From Phycisphaeraceae bacterium (lineage in GTDB: Bacteria > Planctomycetota > Phycisphaerae > Phycisphaerales > Zrk34), in NCBI GenBank assembly GCA_040905565.1, contig JBBDRF010000012.1, forward strand, positions 96,001 to 160,000: a stretch of 64,000 nucleotides of DNA, given 5' to 3'. Below are positions 40,265-49,048 of this stretch, piece after piece (position 1 is the stretch's first letter; every line of letters starts with the position of its first letter). The translations under genes were made by a program, and so were the position numbers. The notes below the pieces were generated by a model. The model saw only the letters and a program-made list of their open reading frames with translations, made no database searches and had not been told where the DNA came from.

Positions 40265-41794
40265 ATGAAACAAGGAAAGCATGAGATGATCGGCTGGGCT
40301 TTGAGAGTTGTGCTGCGTCAACGTCACGCGGCGGGTTGCTGGGGCGCGATCGCGCTGATGATGATGTTCGCCGTCCAAGCGCCGCAGACAGCCTTCGGTG
40401 ACGATGCGGGCCCGGAAACGGAAGCGGCACAAGCCGAGACCGAGGCAGCGGAAGAGGCCGGTGAAGACGCCGCGACAGACACGGAGGCTGCGGAATCATC
40501 CCACAGCGAAAGCGCTTTCGATGACAAGCCGATCCCGCTGATGGATCCCGTGCGGGCGGAGCGACCTAAGCCCCTGCTGGAACTGGGCAACCCGTTCCTC
40601 GGGACGGGGAACATTCAGCCAGGCATCGAATTGCCCGGCGGGGCGGTCTGGCAACCCTCGTTCCTGCTGTTCGGCACGTATCGCTCCGCGATCCAGGCGT
40701 TCAACGACGGCGAAACCACGCGGTCGGAGTGGGCCAATCGCCTTGATATCTTCGGCAACCTCCAACTGTCGCCCACAGAACGCCTGCTCGTGGGCATTCG
40801 GCCGCTCGACCAGGACAACCGTTTCACCGGGTACAACATCAACGGCGAACCGACCGGTTGGGAAGAAGAATTCAACGCACGCATCACGACGCTCTTTTTT
40901 GAGGGGGATTTCGGCGAGATCTTCCCCGACCTCGATCCGCACGACCGCCATGCGCTGGACTGGGGCTTTGCCGTCGGCCGGCAGCCGCTTTCCTTCCAGG
41001 ACGGGCTGCTGCTGAACGATCGCATCGACGCGATCGGCATCGTGCGAAATAACATTCTGCCCAGAGGCGGCTCCAACCTGCGAGCCACGTTCCTTTACGG
41101 GTGGGACAACATCCATCGCAACGACAACGAGCGGGCACGCAAAGCCGACATCTTCGGCATCTTCACCGAGTCCGATTGGGAAAAAAGCACTGTGCAGGCC
41201 GACTTTGTTTTCGTGCATGACAGTTCGGATTTGCCGAACAGCGCTCACTGGGGTCTGGGAGCAATTCAAAGATTCGGCAAGATCAACACCGCGTTCCGCT
41301 ACCTCGGGTCGCAATCGACCGGCGAGAACGTCCCCGCAGCCAGCAGCGGGCATCTGCTGTTCAGCCAGGTGTCGTGGACGCCGGCACGTACGCATGACCT
41401 GATGTATGTGAACGCGTTCCTCGGCATCGACGACTTCGCCTCGGCTGCGCGTTCACCGGAGGTCGGCGGACCGCTGGGCAACACCGGCATCCTTTTCGCG
41501 GCGATTGGGCTCGGACGCTACGGCGCGCCGCTGGGCAACCGGGTCGGCGACTCAGTCGGCGGGGCCATCGGCTACCAACTCTTCCTCGACGACACCCGAA
41601 AGCAGATCATCTTCGAAGTCGGCGCCCGACAGGCGACCGGCTCAGAGGACGATGACGCCACCGCCGCAGTCGGCGTGCGGTACCAACAGGCACTCGGCAA
41701 AAATTTCATCCTGCAACTCGACACGTTCGGGTCGCTGCAGGAGTCGCGCGATCCCGGTTACGGCGGCCGTGCGGAAATTCGCTATGAATTCTGA
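40265..41794 (+). CDS. Probable outer-membrane beta-barrel (porin-like) protein
   Basis: Signal peptide, acidic linker, alternating amphipathic strands, C-terminal AEIRYEF (terminal Phe, beta-signal-like). Confidence 0.7.
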   Translation: MKQGKHEMIGWALRVVLRQRHAAGCWGAIALMMMFAVQAPQTAFGDDAGPETEAAQAETEAAEEAGEDAATDTEAAESSHSESAFDDKPIPLMDPVRAERPKPLLELGNPFLGTGNIQPGIELPGGAVWQPSFLLFGTYRSAIQAFNDGETTRSEWANRLDIFGNLQLSPTERLLVGIRPLDQDNRFTGYNINGEPTGWEEEFNARITTLFFEGDFGEIFPDLDPHDRHALDWGFAVGRQPLSFQDGLLLNDRIDAIGIVRNNILPRGGSNLRATFLYGWDNIHRNDNERARKADIFGIFTESDWEKSTVQADFVFVHDSSDLPNSAHWGLGAIQRFGKINTAFRYLGSQSTGENVPAASSGHLLFSQVSWTPARTHDLMYVNAFLGIDDFASAARSPEVGGPLGNTGILFAAIGLGRYGAPLGNRVGDSVGGAIGYQLFLDDTRKQIIFEVGARQATGSEDDDATAAVGVRYQQALGKNFILQLDTFGSLQESRDPGYGGRAEIRYEF

Positions 41795-41839
41795 GTTAAG
41801 CCCCCAGCCCCTTCGGCCCGACATCAAAGATAAGAGGTC

Positions 41840-43111
41840 GTGATAGCGCAAATAGCAAACAACCTGTTCTGGTGGGGCGGCGTGGTGCTGCTGGGCATTG
41901 TGACGTTGCAGTCATTGGTCGCGCTCGGCGGGTCCGTGCAGCGCTGGCGACGCGATCAGCAACGCCGGCGCTGGCGCGACGAGATCCTGCGCTCGCAGCT
42001 TTCTCTCGCCCGTCATCGCCCTGACGTCCTCTCCGAGAGCGGCGTCGCATGGGCCGGCTGGCGCAAGTTCCGCGTGGCCCGGAAAGAGCTCGAGAACGGT
42101 GAGCAGAACATCTGCTCGTTCTATCTTGAACCGCACGACGGGAAAGCCGTGCCGACTTTCGAGCCCGGTCAGTACCTCACCTTTCAGGCCCGCCTGCCCG
42201 GCGAAGACAGGCCTCTGGTTCGATGCTATTCGCTGTCGGCAGCTCCGCAGGAGGCGGTCTACCGCGTGTCGATCCGCCGGGTGCCCCCGCCGCGTGACAG
42301 CGAGCTTCCGCCCGGGCGGATGTCCAGTCACTTCCACGACCACGTGAACGTTGGCGATATTCTCGATGTCAAAGCCCCCGGCGGCAGCTTCACGCTTGAT
42401 ACCACCCGTTCAAATCCCGTCGTTCTGCTGGCCGGCGGGGTGGGTATCACGCCGATGCTCAGCATGCTCAACGCTGTGGCCGCCTCGGGCATGGACCGCG
42501 AATGCTGGTTGTTCTACGGCGTGATCCACGGCGATGACCAGATCATGAAGCAGCACCTGCGCCGCATCAACGCCGAGCATCCGAACATCCACGTACGTTT
42601 GTGCTATTCGAATCCGCGTGAGGATGTCGACGTGCTCGGCCGCGATTACGATCATGCCGAGCGGGTGAGCGTTGCGCTCATGCAGCGCCTGCTGCCGTCC
42701 AATAACTACGATTTCTACATGTGCGGCCCGCCGCCGATGATGGATAGCCTCAAGGCCGATCTCAAGGCGTGGGGCGTGCCGGACGACCGCGTTCATTCCG
42801 AAGCCTTCGGCCCTGTGCACAGCAAGAAGCCGGTGAAGGTGGAGTCGAGCGCGAAAACGGTCGACGTCAAGTTCGTGCGGTCGAATAAGACCTGCCACTG
42901 GACGCCCGAGTCGGGCACGCTGCTTGATCTGGCGCGAACACACAATATCGCGGTGGACTCAGGCTGCGAGCAGGGCGATTGCGGAACGTGCATGCTGCCG
43001 ATCCACAGCGGCGACGTGGAATATCAGAAACCCCCGGGCTTCGAAGCCGAGGGCGGCACCTGTCTGCCTTGCGTCTGCACGCCCCAGGAATCACTCGAAC
43101 TCGATGCGTGA
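41840..43111 (+). CDS. Membrane-anchored FAD/NAD(P)-binding reductase with C-terminal [2Fe-2S] ferredoxin
   Basis: N-terminal TM; RCYSLS, GRMS, AGGVGITPM, MCGPPPM, EAF; CEQGDCGTC...CLPC. Confidence 0.9.
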   Translation: MIAQIANNLFWWGGVVLLGIVTLQSLVALGGSVQRWRRDQQRRRWRDEILRSQLSLARHRPDVLSESGVAWAGWRKFRVARKELENGEQNICSFYLEPHDGKAVPTFEPGQYLTFQARLPGEDRPLVRCYSLSAAPQEAVYRVSIRRVPPPRDSELPPGRMSSHFHDHVNVGDILDVKAPGGSFTLDTTRSNPVVLLAGGVGITPMLSMLNAVAASGMDRECWLFYGVIHGDDQIMKQHLRRINAEHPNIHVRLCYSNPREDVDVLGRDYDHAERVSVALMQRLLPSNNYDFYMCGPPPMMDSLKADLKAWGVPDDRVHSEAFGPVHSKKPVKVESSAKTVDVKFVRSNKTCHWTPESGTLLDLARTHNIAVDSGCEQGDCGTCMLPIHSGDVEYQKPPGFEAEGGTCLPCVCTPQESLELDA

Positions 43112-43168
43112 CCTGCTGACTGGCCACCCGAGATGAACTGGAACATTGGAACCCGAAGGACGCTGAAT

Positions 43169-44248
43169 ATGCTCAAGCTCGACCGATGGCTGCTGACGAC
43201 ACTGGTGATGATGGCGATGTTGACCGGAAACGTCTGGGGGCAGGCGATCGACAAGGAAGGCGACGCGCTCGAGGCGGCGCTGCTTGAGCGGGCTTCGAAG
43301 GTGGTCGGTCCGACCGATTTCGCGAACTCGTGTGTCGAATGCCACGCCGCCGAGGTCGATGCCTGGCGAAACACCAAGCACTTCGCGACGTACGCCGAGA
43401 TGCACCGCACTGAAGAGGCGCGGGAGATCATCCGCGCCCTCGGCGGCCGCTCCATCAAGCGTGACGCCATGTGCCTTCAGTGCCATTACAGCTCCGTGGA
43501 AAATAACGGTCGGCTGCGGGCGATGTGGGGCATTTCCTGCGAGTCCTGCCATGGTCAGGCCGAGGAGTGGGGCCCCGCGCACGCGCTGGTCGGTGGCGAA
43601 GAAGGCGCGCAGCAGATGACGCCCGGCGAATCGTCGGAACTGGAGACGCCTGAGCAGCGTGAGGCCCGGCTGACGCAGGCCGCCTCGCAGGGCATGATCC
43701 ATTCAGGCATGATCTACCACATCGCGACCAACTGCTTTGGCTGCCACACGGTTCCCGACGAGCAGTTGGTGAACGAGGGCGGCCATCAGGCGGGCAGCGA
43801 TTTCGACCTCGTCGCCTGGTCGCAGGGTGAGGTAAGGCATACGTTCCTCTCTTCATCGGATGGCCACACGAATCAGCCTCCCACCGCGGAGCGCAAGCGT
43901 GTGCTTTACGTCGTCGGTGTGCTTGTGGACATGGAGTTCACGCTGCGGAACCTGGCCAAGTCCACGGAGGAAGGCACGTTCCGAGAGGCGATGCGCGAGC
44001 GTGCGAACGGCCTTCAGACACGGATCGACGCGCTGCTCGAGGCGATGACGATCTCGGAAGTCGCTGAAGTCAAAGCGGCTCTGCCGGAGACGTTCGACAC
44101 GTCGATCACCGTGGATGCTGAGCTGGTGCAGACGGTTGCCACGGCGGCGCAGGCCTTCGCTGAGAACAATGACGGATCCGATCTGGCTGCGATCGACGAG
44201 CAGATCCCCGGCGAAGACGCCTACAAGGGCGACGTTTACACGCCTTGA
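43169..44248 (+). CDS. Tetraheme c-type cytochrome (c554-like), exported
   Basis: Signal peptide; CVECH, CLQCH, CESCH, CFGCH. Alternative start at 43133. Confidence 0.85.
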   Translation: MLKLDRWLLTTLVMMAMLTGNVWGQAIDKEGDALEAALLERASKVVGPTDFANSCVECHAAEVDAWRNTKHFATYAEMHRTEEAREIIRALGGRSIKRDAMCLQCHYSSVENNGRLRAMWGISCESCHGQAEEWGPAHALVGGEEGAQQMTPGESSELETPEQREARLTQAASQGMIHSGMIYHIATNCFGCHTVPDEQLVNEGGHQAGSDFDLVAWSQGEVRHTFLSSSDGHTNQPPTAERKRVLYVVGVLVDMEFTLRNLAKSTEEGTFREAMRERANGLQTRIDALLEAMTISEVAEVKAALPETFDTSITVDAELVQTVATAAQAFAENNDGSDLAAIDEQIPGEDAYKGDVYTP

Positions 44249-44272
44249 GCATGGAAGTTGAGTCGTAATCGT

Positions 44273-46051
44273 ATGGCGCTAACGCAGTTTGTTGAGATGA
44301 AGAAGCCCAGCCGGTGGGACGAGCCGTTCGCGCGCGAACCGCTGGCGGACGAGCAGATCGACCGGCTGCTGACGATGGAACCGTTCGCGCATATGGATGC
44401 GAGCCGGTTCCCGCCGAACCTTCCGCTGAGCGACATTCTGCGAAACGACACGCGGATCGTGAACTGTCGGCGGGGCGACGTGGTGGTTCGGCAGGGCGAT
44501 TACGGCAACTCGGTTTTTCTGGTGTTGAAGGGGGCGCTGGTGGCCTCGCTGGAACCGATCGCGCCCTCGCTGCTCGGTCGCAAGAGAGGTCAGCGACGTG
44601 GTTGGCTCGGCACAGCATGGCAGATGCTGACCAAGCCCCGCCTGCGCGAATCGCGTGATACAGCTGCTTATCCGCAATTCGCCAAGCGCGCGGGGGCGGC
44701 CGACTCAAGCGGCAATACCATCGCTGCGCAGGATTTTGTGAACCTACTGGAAGAGGATCCCGACGTCCTCGGCCGTTACAAGACCGCGCCCATCGAGGCC
44801 GGCCACATGTTCGGCGAACTTGGCGCTCTCGGACGCATCCCACGCACCGCCACCGTGCTCGCCGATTCCGACGCGCAGCTGCTGGAAATTCGCTGGCAGG
44901 GCCTGCGCGATCTGCGTCGCCATGACGAGGCGCTTCGTGACCACGTCGATCGCCTGTATCGCCGATTCGGCCTTTTGACACAGTTGCGACAGACGCCCTG
45001 CCTGGCACATCTCAATGAATCGGAGCTCGCTGAGGTCGTCGAGGCGGCAGAGTTCGATACGTACGGCAGCTTCGAGTGGTACGGCACGTATCGCCAACTT
45101 CGCGAGGAAAGTGCCGCTGGCCGCTTGCAGGCCGAGCCGATGATCGCGGAGCAGGGGCATCATCCTAACGGGCTCATCCTGATCCGGGCGGGCTTCGCAC
45201 GCTTGAGCCGTCAGCACGGCACGGGCGAACAGACGTTGAGCTATCTCACACGCGGCCAGGCGTTCGGCCTCGGCGAGCTGCTGCACAATCACCAGCAGGA
45301 CGCGCCCCGCCCTTACCAGTGCAGCCTCCGCGCGGTCGGCTATACCGACATCATCCGCATCTCCACGCACGTGCTCGAACGCCTCGTTTTCCCACGCGCC
45401 GATCCCGGCCAGCTGGAAGCGATCGCGCCGTCGTTGGCGACACCGGCGCGCACCCCGATGGATGCATCGGTCGATCCGCAGTGGTATCCCCCGCCCGAGC
45501 CGGAGCAGCAGATTGAACCCGGCGTGCTCGATTCGCTTGTCGAGCAGCGGCTGATCAACGGCACGGCCACCATGCTCATCGACATGGACCGCTGCACCCG
45601 CTGCGACCAGTGCGTTCAGGCTTGTGCCGACGGCCACTCCAACAACCCGCGTTTCCTTCGGCACGGCACCGTGATCGATCACTACATGGTGGCTAATGCC
45701 TGCATGCACTGTGCCGACCCGGTCTGCATGATCGGCTGTCCGACCGGGGCGATCCATCGCGATGCCGAGACGGGGAACGTCGAGATCAACGATCGCACGT
45801 GCATCGGCTGTTCGACCTGTGCGAACAACTGCCCTTACGACAACATCCGCATGGTCGAGATTCAGGATCAGCAGACGCAACGGCCGGTGGTCGATCCGGA
45901 CACGGGTCAGCCGATCGTCAAAGCCACCAAGTGCGACCTCTGCACCGATCAAATGGGGGGCCCCGCTTGCCAGCGCGCCTGCCCACACGATGCGCTCGTG
46001 CGGATGGACATGCAGGACATTCCCTCCCTGTCGCAGTGGATGAATCGATGA
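44273..46051 (+). CDS. Tandem cyclic-nucleotide-binding domains fused to a DmsB/NrfC-type 4x[4Fe-4S] ferredoxin
   Basis: VVRQGDYGNSVFLVLKG and FGELGALGRIPRTATV; second degenerate cNMP domain; CTRCDQCVQAC, CMHC..PVC..CP, CIGCSTCANNCP, CDLC..PAC..CP. Confidence 0.9.
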   Translation: MALTQFVEMKKPSRWDEPFAREPLADEQIDRLLTMEPFAHMDASRFPPNLPLSDILRNDTRIVNCRRGDVVVRQGDYGNSVFLVLKGALVASLEPIAPSLLGRKRGQRRGWLGTAWQMLTKPRLRESRDTAAYPQFAKRAGAADSSGNTIAAQDFVNLLEEDPDVLGRYKTAPIEAGHMFGELGALGRIPRTATVLADSDAQLLEIRWQGLRDLRRHDEALRDHVDRLYRRFGLLTQLRQTPCLAHLNESELAEVVEAAEFDTYGSFEWYGTYRQLREESAAGRLQAEPMIAEQGHHPNGLILIRAGFARLSRQHGTGEQTLSYLTRGQAFGLGELLHNHQQDAPRPYQCSLRAVGYTDIIRISTHVLERLVFPRADPGQLEAIAPSLATPARTPMDASVDPQWYPPPEPEQQIEPGVLDSLVEQRLINGTATMLIDMDRCTRCDQCVQACADGHSNNPRFLRHGTVIDHYMVANACMHCADPVCMIGCPTGAIHRDAETGNVEINDRTCIGCSTCANNCPYDNIRMVEIQDQQTQRPVVDPDTGQPIVKATKCDLCTDQMGGPACQRACPHDALVRMDMQDIPSLSQWMNR

Positions 46052-46869
46052 AAACGTTCGTCGCCAGACGCTGGACCTTGTTGACCGTCGCACTGTTGGC
46101 CGCGGCGCTGCTGCTGACGGCCTTCGTCGCGTATCACCTTCGCCTGCACCAGACAGCCTTCGCGTCCGGCTGGATTCTGCTGGCGATGATGCTGTTCCTC
46201 GCCGGCTACAATCTCCGCAAGAAACTGCGACTCTTTCCGCTGCTGCCGACTTCGTATTGGCTTCAGGCTCACATCTACGTGGGATTGTTGGCCGTGGTCG
46301 TCTTTGCCTGGCATATGGGTCTGCGGCTGCCGCGGGGCCCGCTCGAAGCGTCGCTTGCAGCGGCTTACCTGCTGACAACCGCGACCGGAATCTTCGGACT
46401 CTGGCTCTCACGCGCTGTGCCGCCACGCCTGACCACACGCGGCCAGGAGGTCATCTACGAACGGATCCCAGCAATGCGTCGCACCTTGCGAGAGCGAGCG
46501 GAACGGCTTGCTGTGGAGGCAGTCGAGGAATCGCGATCGACCGTCCTCGCCGATTTCTACGAGCAGGAATTGGCCGGCTTTTTCGCGGGCGGCCGTGATC
46601 GCCTCGCCCACCTGCTGCAATCCGCTCGGCCGTTACGCAAAAGGCTAAACCGCCTCGACGCGCTGCGCCGTTACGTGAACAGGGAGGAGGCGGTCTACCT
46701 TGATGATCTTTCGGAGATGGTCCGCGCCAAGGACGCGCTCGATTATCACCAGGTCATGCAGGGCCTCCTCAAGGGATGGCTGTTTGTGCATGTGCCGATC
46801 ACGTGGGCGCTGCTGTTGTTGATCGCGGTGCACATGGTCGCCGTCCACGCATTCTCCGGAGCGCTTTGA
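46048..46869 (+). CDS. Integral membrane protein with two H-x13-H pairs (putative di-heme b)
   Basis: WLQAH-IYVGLLAVVVFAW-H and WLFVH-VPITWALLLLIAV-H; overlaps both neighbours (ATGA, TGATG). Confidence 0.7.
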   Translation: MKTFVARRWTLLTVALLAAALLLTAFVAYHLRLHQTAFASGWILLAMMLFLAGYNLRKKLRLFPLLPTSYWLQAHIYVGLLAVVVFAWHMGLRLPRGPLEASLAAAYLLTTATGIFGLWLSRAVPPRLTTRGQEVIYERIPAMRRTLRERAERLAVEAVEESRSTVLADFYEQELAGFFAGGRDRLAHLLQSARPLRKRLNRLDALRRYVNREEAVYLDDLSEMVRAKDALDYHQVMQGLLKGWLFVHVPITWALLLLIAVHMVAVHAFSGAL

Positions 46870-48923
46870 TGGAGCCACTTCAGAACTTCGGACATCGCAA
46901 CAGTGCGTACGAGCGGCCCAACGATGCATGGGTCTGCGGCTGGGCGTGCGAGGGTAATGCCTGCCAACGCGGCCCCGACGCACGCGGCCGATGCCAGATG
47001 CTCAGCGAATGTCAGCCCACCAAAGATGGCGATCGCTACCAATGCGCCTTGCCGGCTGCGGCAGGGGGGCCCTGCAAGGAAGGCCCGCGCCCCGACGGTT
47101 CGTGCTGTCGCCCGCAGATGCCTCATCCGCCGTGCCAGCCGCAACGCTCGCTCCGCAGCAAACGCAAGCGCGCCAGTTGGACCGTCGCCGTTGTGACCCT
47201 GGCGCTGATCGCCATCGCACTCGGCGGCAGCAATCGCGCCTGGTTCCTCACGCCCGGCGACCTCTCCGCACCCCACGCCGCCATCTCCCATCAAGGCATG
47301 TCGCCCGGCCAATCCTGCGCTGCCTGCCATGCTGTCGCCGACGATCATGGGCCGCAGGTCCTCGCCTCCCTCGTTGCTGGCGGCGCGGCACTCAAGCAGA
47401 GTCAGCAGTGTCTCGCGTGTCACTTCACCGGTGAGGGAGAGGCAGAGCACGCCATGCACGCCCACGGCCTGCCGCCTGAGGAATTGCAACAACAGACGAA
47501 TAACCGTGACGCGGACGCATCTGCTTCTCAGTCGGTCGCGCTGATTGTTGCTTCGTTGGCGCCATCGCCGATGGAGGATGCTGAGCAATTCGCCTGTGCG
47601 CAGTGTCACCAGGAACATCGCGGCCGGTCGTTCGATCTGACGCACATGTCCGACGCACGCTGCCAGTCCTGCCATGCTGAGCAGTTCGAGAGCTTCAGCC
47701 AAGGCCATCCCGCGTTCCGCCCGAAGCCGACCGAGCCGGCCATCCATTTCGACCACGTGACGCATCAGGATCACTTCGGCAGCGAACAGTGGTCGTGCGT
47801 GCGGTGCCACGGGCAGACCAAGCAAACGACGCTTAAACCGTTCGCACAGGCGTGCGCCAGCTGTCACACCAATACGTCCGACGACCATCACGTTGAGCAG
47901 ATCAAGCGGGCGTCGTTGACGGTATTCGAGGTGCCCGAACTGGACGTGGAAGAGGACGAAACGGTCGGCGAATGGCCGATGGAGATCGCGACCGGTATGG
48001 AGATGCCGCTGCTGATGCGGTTGCTGGTCGTCAGCGATGCGACGGCGATCGGACCGCTCAGCGAGGTGCGTGAGGAGTTCTGGGAGCCGGGGATGTGGTT
48101 CCCCGAGGAGCCGGAAGATGCGACGCATCTCGCCGTCGCCATCAAGGAAGCGATGCGTGATCTGCTCTTGGCAGATCGGCAGGCGCTCACCCGCCGTTTT
48201 TCCGTGGCACTGGCGGTCGATGCGGAAGACCCGAAGCTCGCCCGGCTCGTTCAGACGCTCATCGACGCGCCCCTGCTTGACGAGCTTCAACAGAACGAAG
48301 CTTTGCAGCAGTTTCTCCAGCTCACGCCGAGGGAACCTGCCGATGCTGATCTGGCCTCGGCCTCGGCATCATCGGAGGCAGATGAGGCAGATGAGGCAGT
48401 GGGGTGGATCCTCGGCAACAACGGTGCTGTTGAGTACCAGGATCCGCAGCACGCGAACCCGTTCTACCACGCCTTGCTTGACCTGCTCGCTGCGACGGCC
48501 GGCACGCCCGCCGAATCCGCCGACGAAGCAGCGCAATTCCGCGCCACCGTTCGAGAGGAAGTCTGGCAGACCGTACTCGACGGCGGTCCGCTATCCCCGT
48601 TCACGCTCGGCTGCCTCAAGTGCCACAACATCACGGGCAACGAGATTCAGTGGGAAAGCAGGCAGGTCGCCTTCCAGCACCCAGCTTCTGCATTCAGCAA
48701 CGATGATCCTCACATCGTGCTCAACAGTCACGAAGCTCTTCGCCAAGGGCAGCAGTGCGTCATCTGTCACACGCCCACCGAGGCTGATCCCGAAACCGCC
48801 GGTGATGAGCTGGCCGATCGGCTCGACTTCAAGCCCCTCGATCGCGCCTCTTGCGCTACGTGCCACAACGCCGTTGGTGCCCGCGAAAGCTGCCTCACCT
48901 GCCACAGCTATCACCATCAGTGA
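46869..48923 (+). CDS. Membrane-anchored decaheme c-type cytochrome with Cys-rich N-terminal domain
   Basis: CAACH, CLACH, CAQCH, CQSCH, CVRCH, CASCH, CLKCH, CVICH, CATCH, CLTCH; 10 non-heme Cys before the TM helix. Confidence 0.88.
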   Translation: MEPLQNFGHRNSAYERPNDAWVCGWACEGNACQRGPDARGRCQMLSECQPTKDGDRYQCALPAAAGGPCKEGPRPDGSCCRPQMPHPPCQPQRSLRSKRKRASWTVAVVTLALIAIALGGSNRAWFLTPGDLSAPHAAISHQGMSPGQSCAACHAVADDHGPQVLASLVAGGAALKQSQQCLACHFTGEGEAEHAMHAHGLPPEELQQQTNNRDADASASQSVALIVASLAPSPMEDAEQFACAQCHQEHRGRSFDLTHMSDARCQSCHAEQFESFSQGHPAFRPKPTEPAIHFDHVTHQDHFGSEQWSCVRCHGQTKQTTLKPFAQACASCHTNTSDDHHVEQIKRASLTVFEVPELDVEEDETVGEWPMEIATGMEMPLLMRLLVVSDATAIGPLSEVREEFWEPGMWFPEEPEDATHLAVAIKEAMRDLLLADRQALTRRFSVALAVDAEDPKLARLVQTLIDAPLLDELQQNEALQQFLQLTPREPADADLASASASSEADEADEAVGWILGNNGAVEYQDPQHANPFYHALLDLLAATAGTPAESADEAAQFRATVREEVWQTVLDGGPLSPFTLGCLKCHNITGNEIQWESRQVAFQHPASAFSNDDPHIVLNSHEALRQGQQCVICHTPTEADPETAGDELADRLDFKPLDRASCATCHNAVGARESCLTCHSYHHQ

Positions 48924-49048
48924 TCGTCAAGCGTTATAGGGATGAGCGGGTCCGCCAGCATCTCCGTCATCGAAAGTGCATCGCCATCGGCGCGTGTATC
49001 GTTTAAGATGCCAAGGGTCTTCCGCGCGAGCACCTACAGGAACGAAAC

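Noticed and set aside
38339..48923. Naming the cluster MtrCAB, NrfA or anammox HAO/hydrazine enzymes
   Set aside because: Heme counts and architecture differ: no octaheme, no CxxCK, the barrel is shorter than MtrB, and the decaheme has a TM anchor and a large insert.
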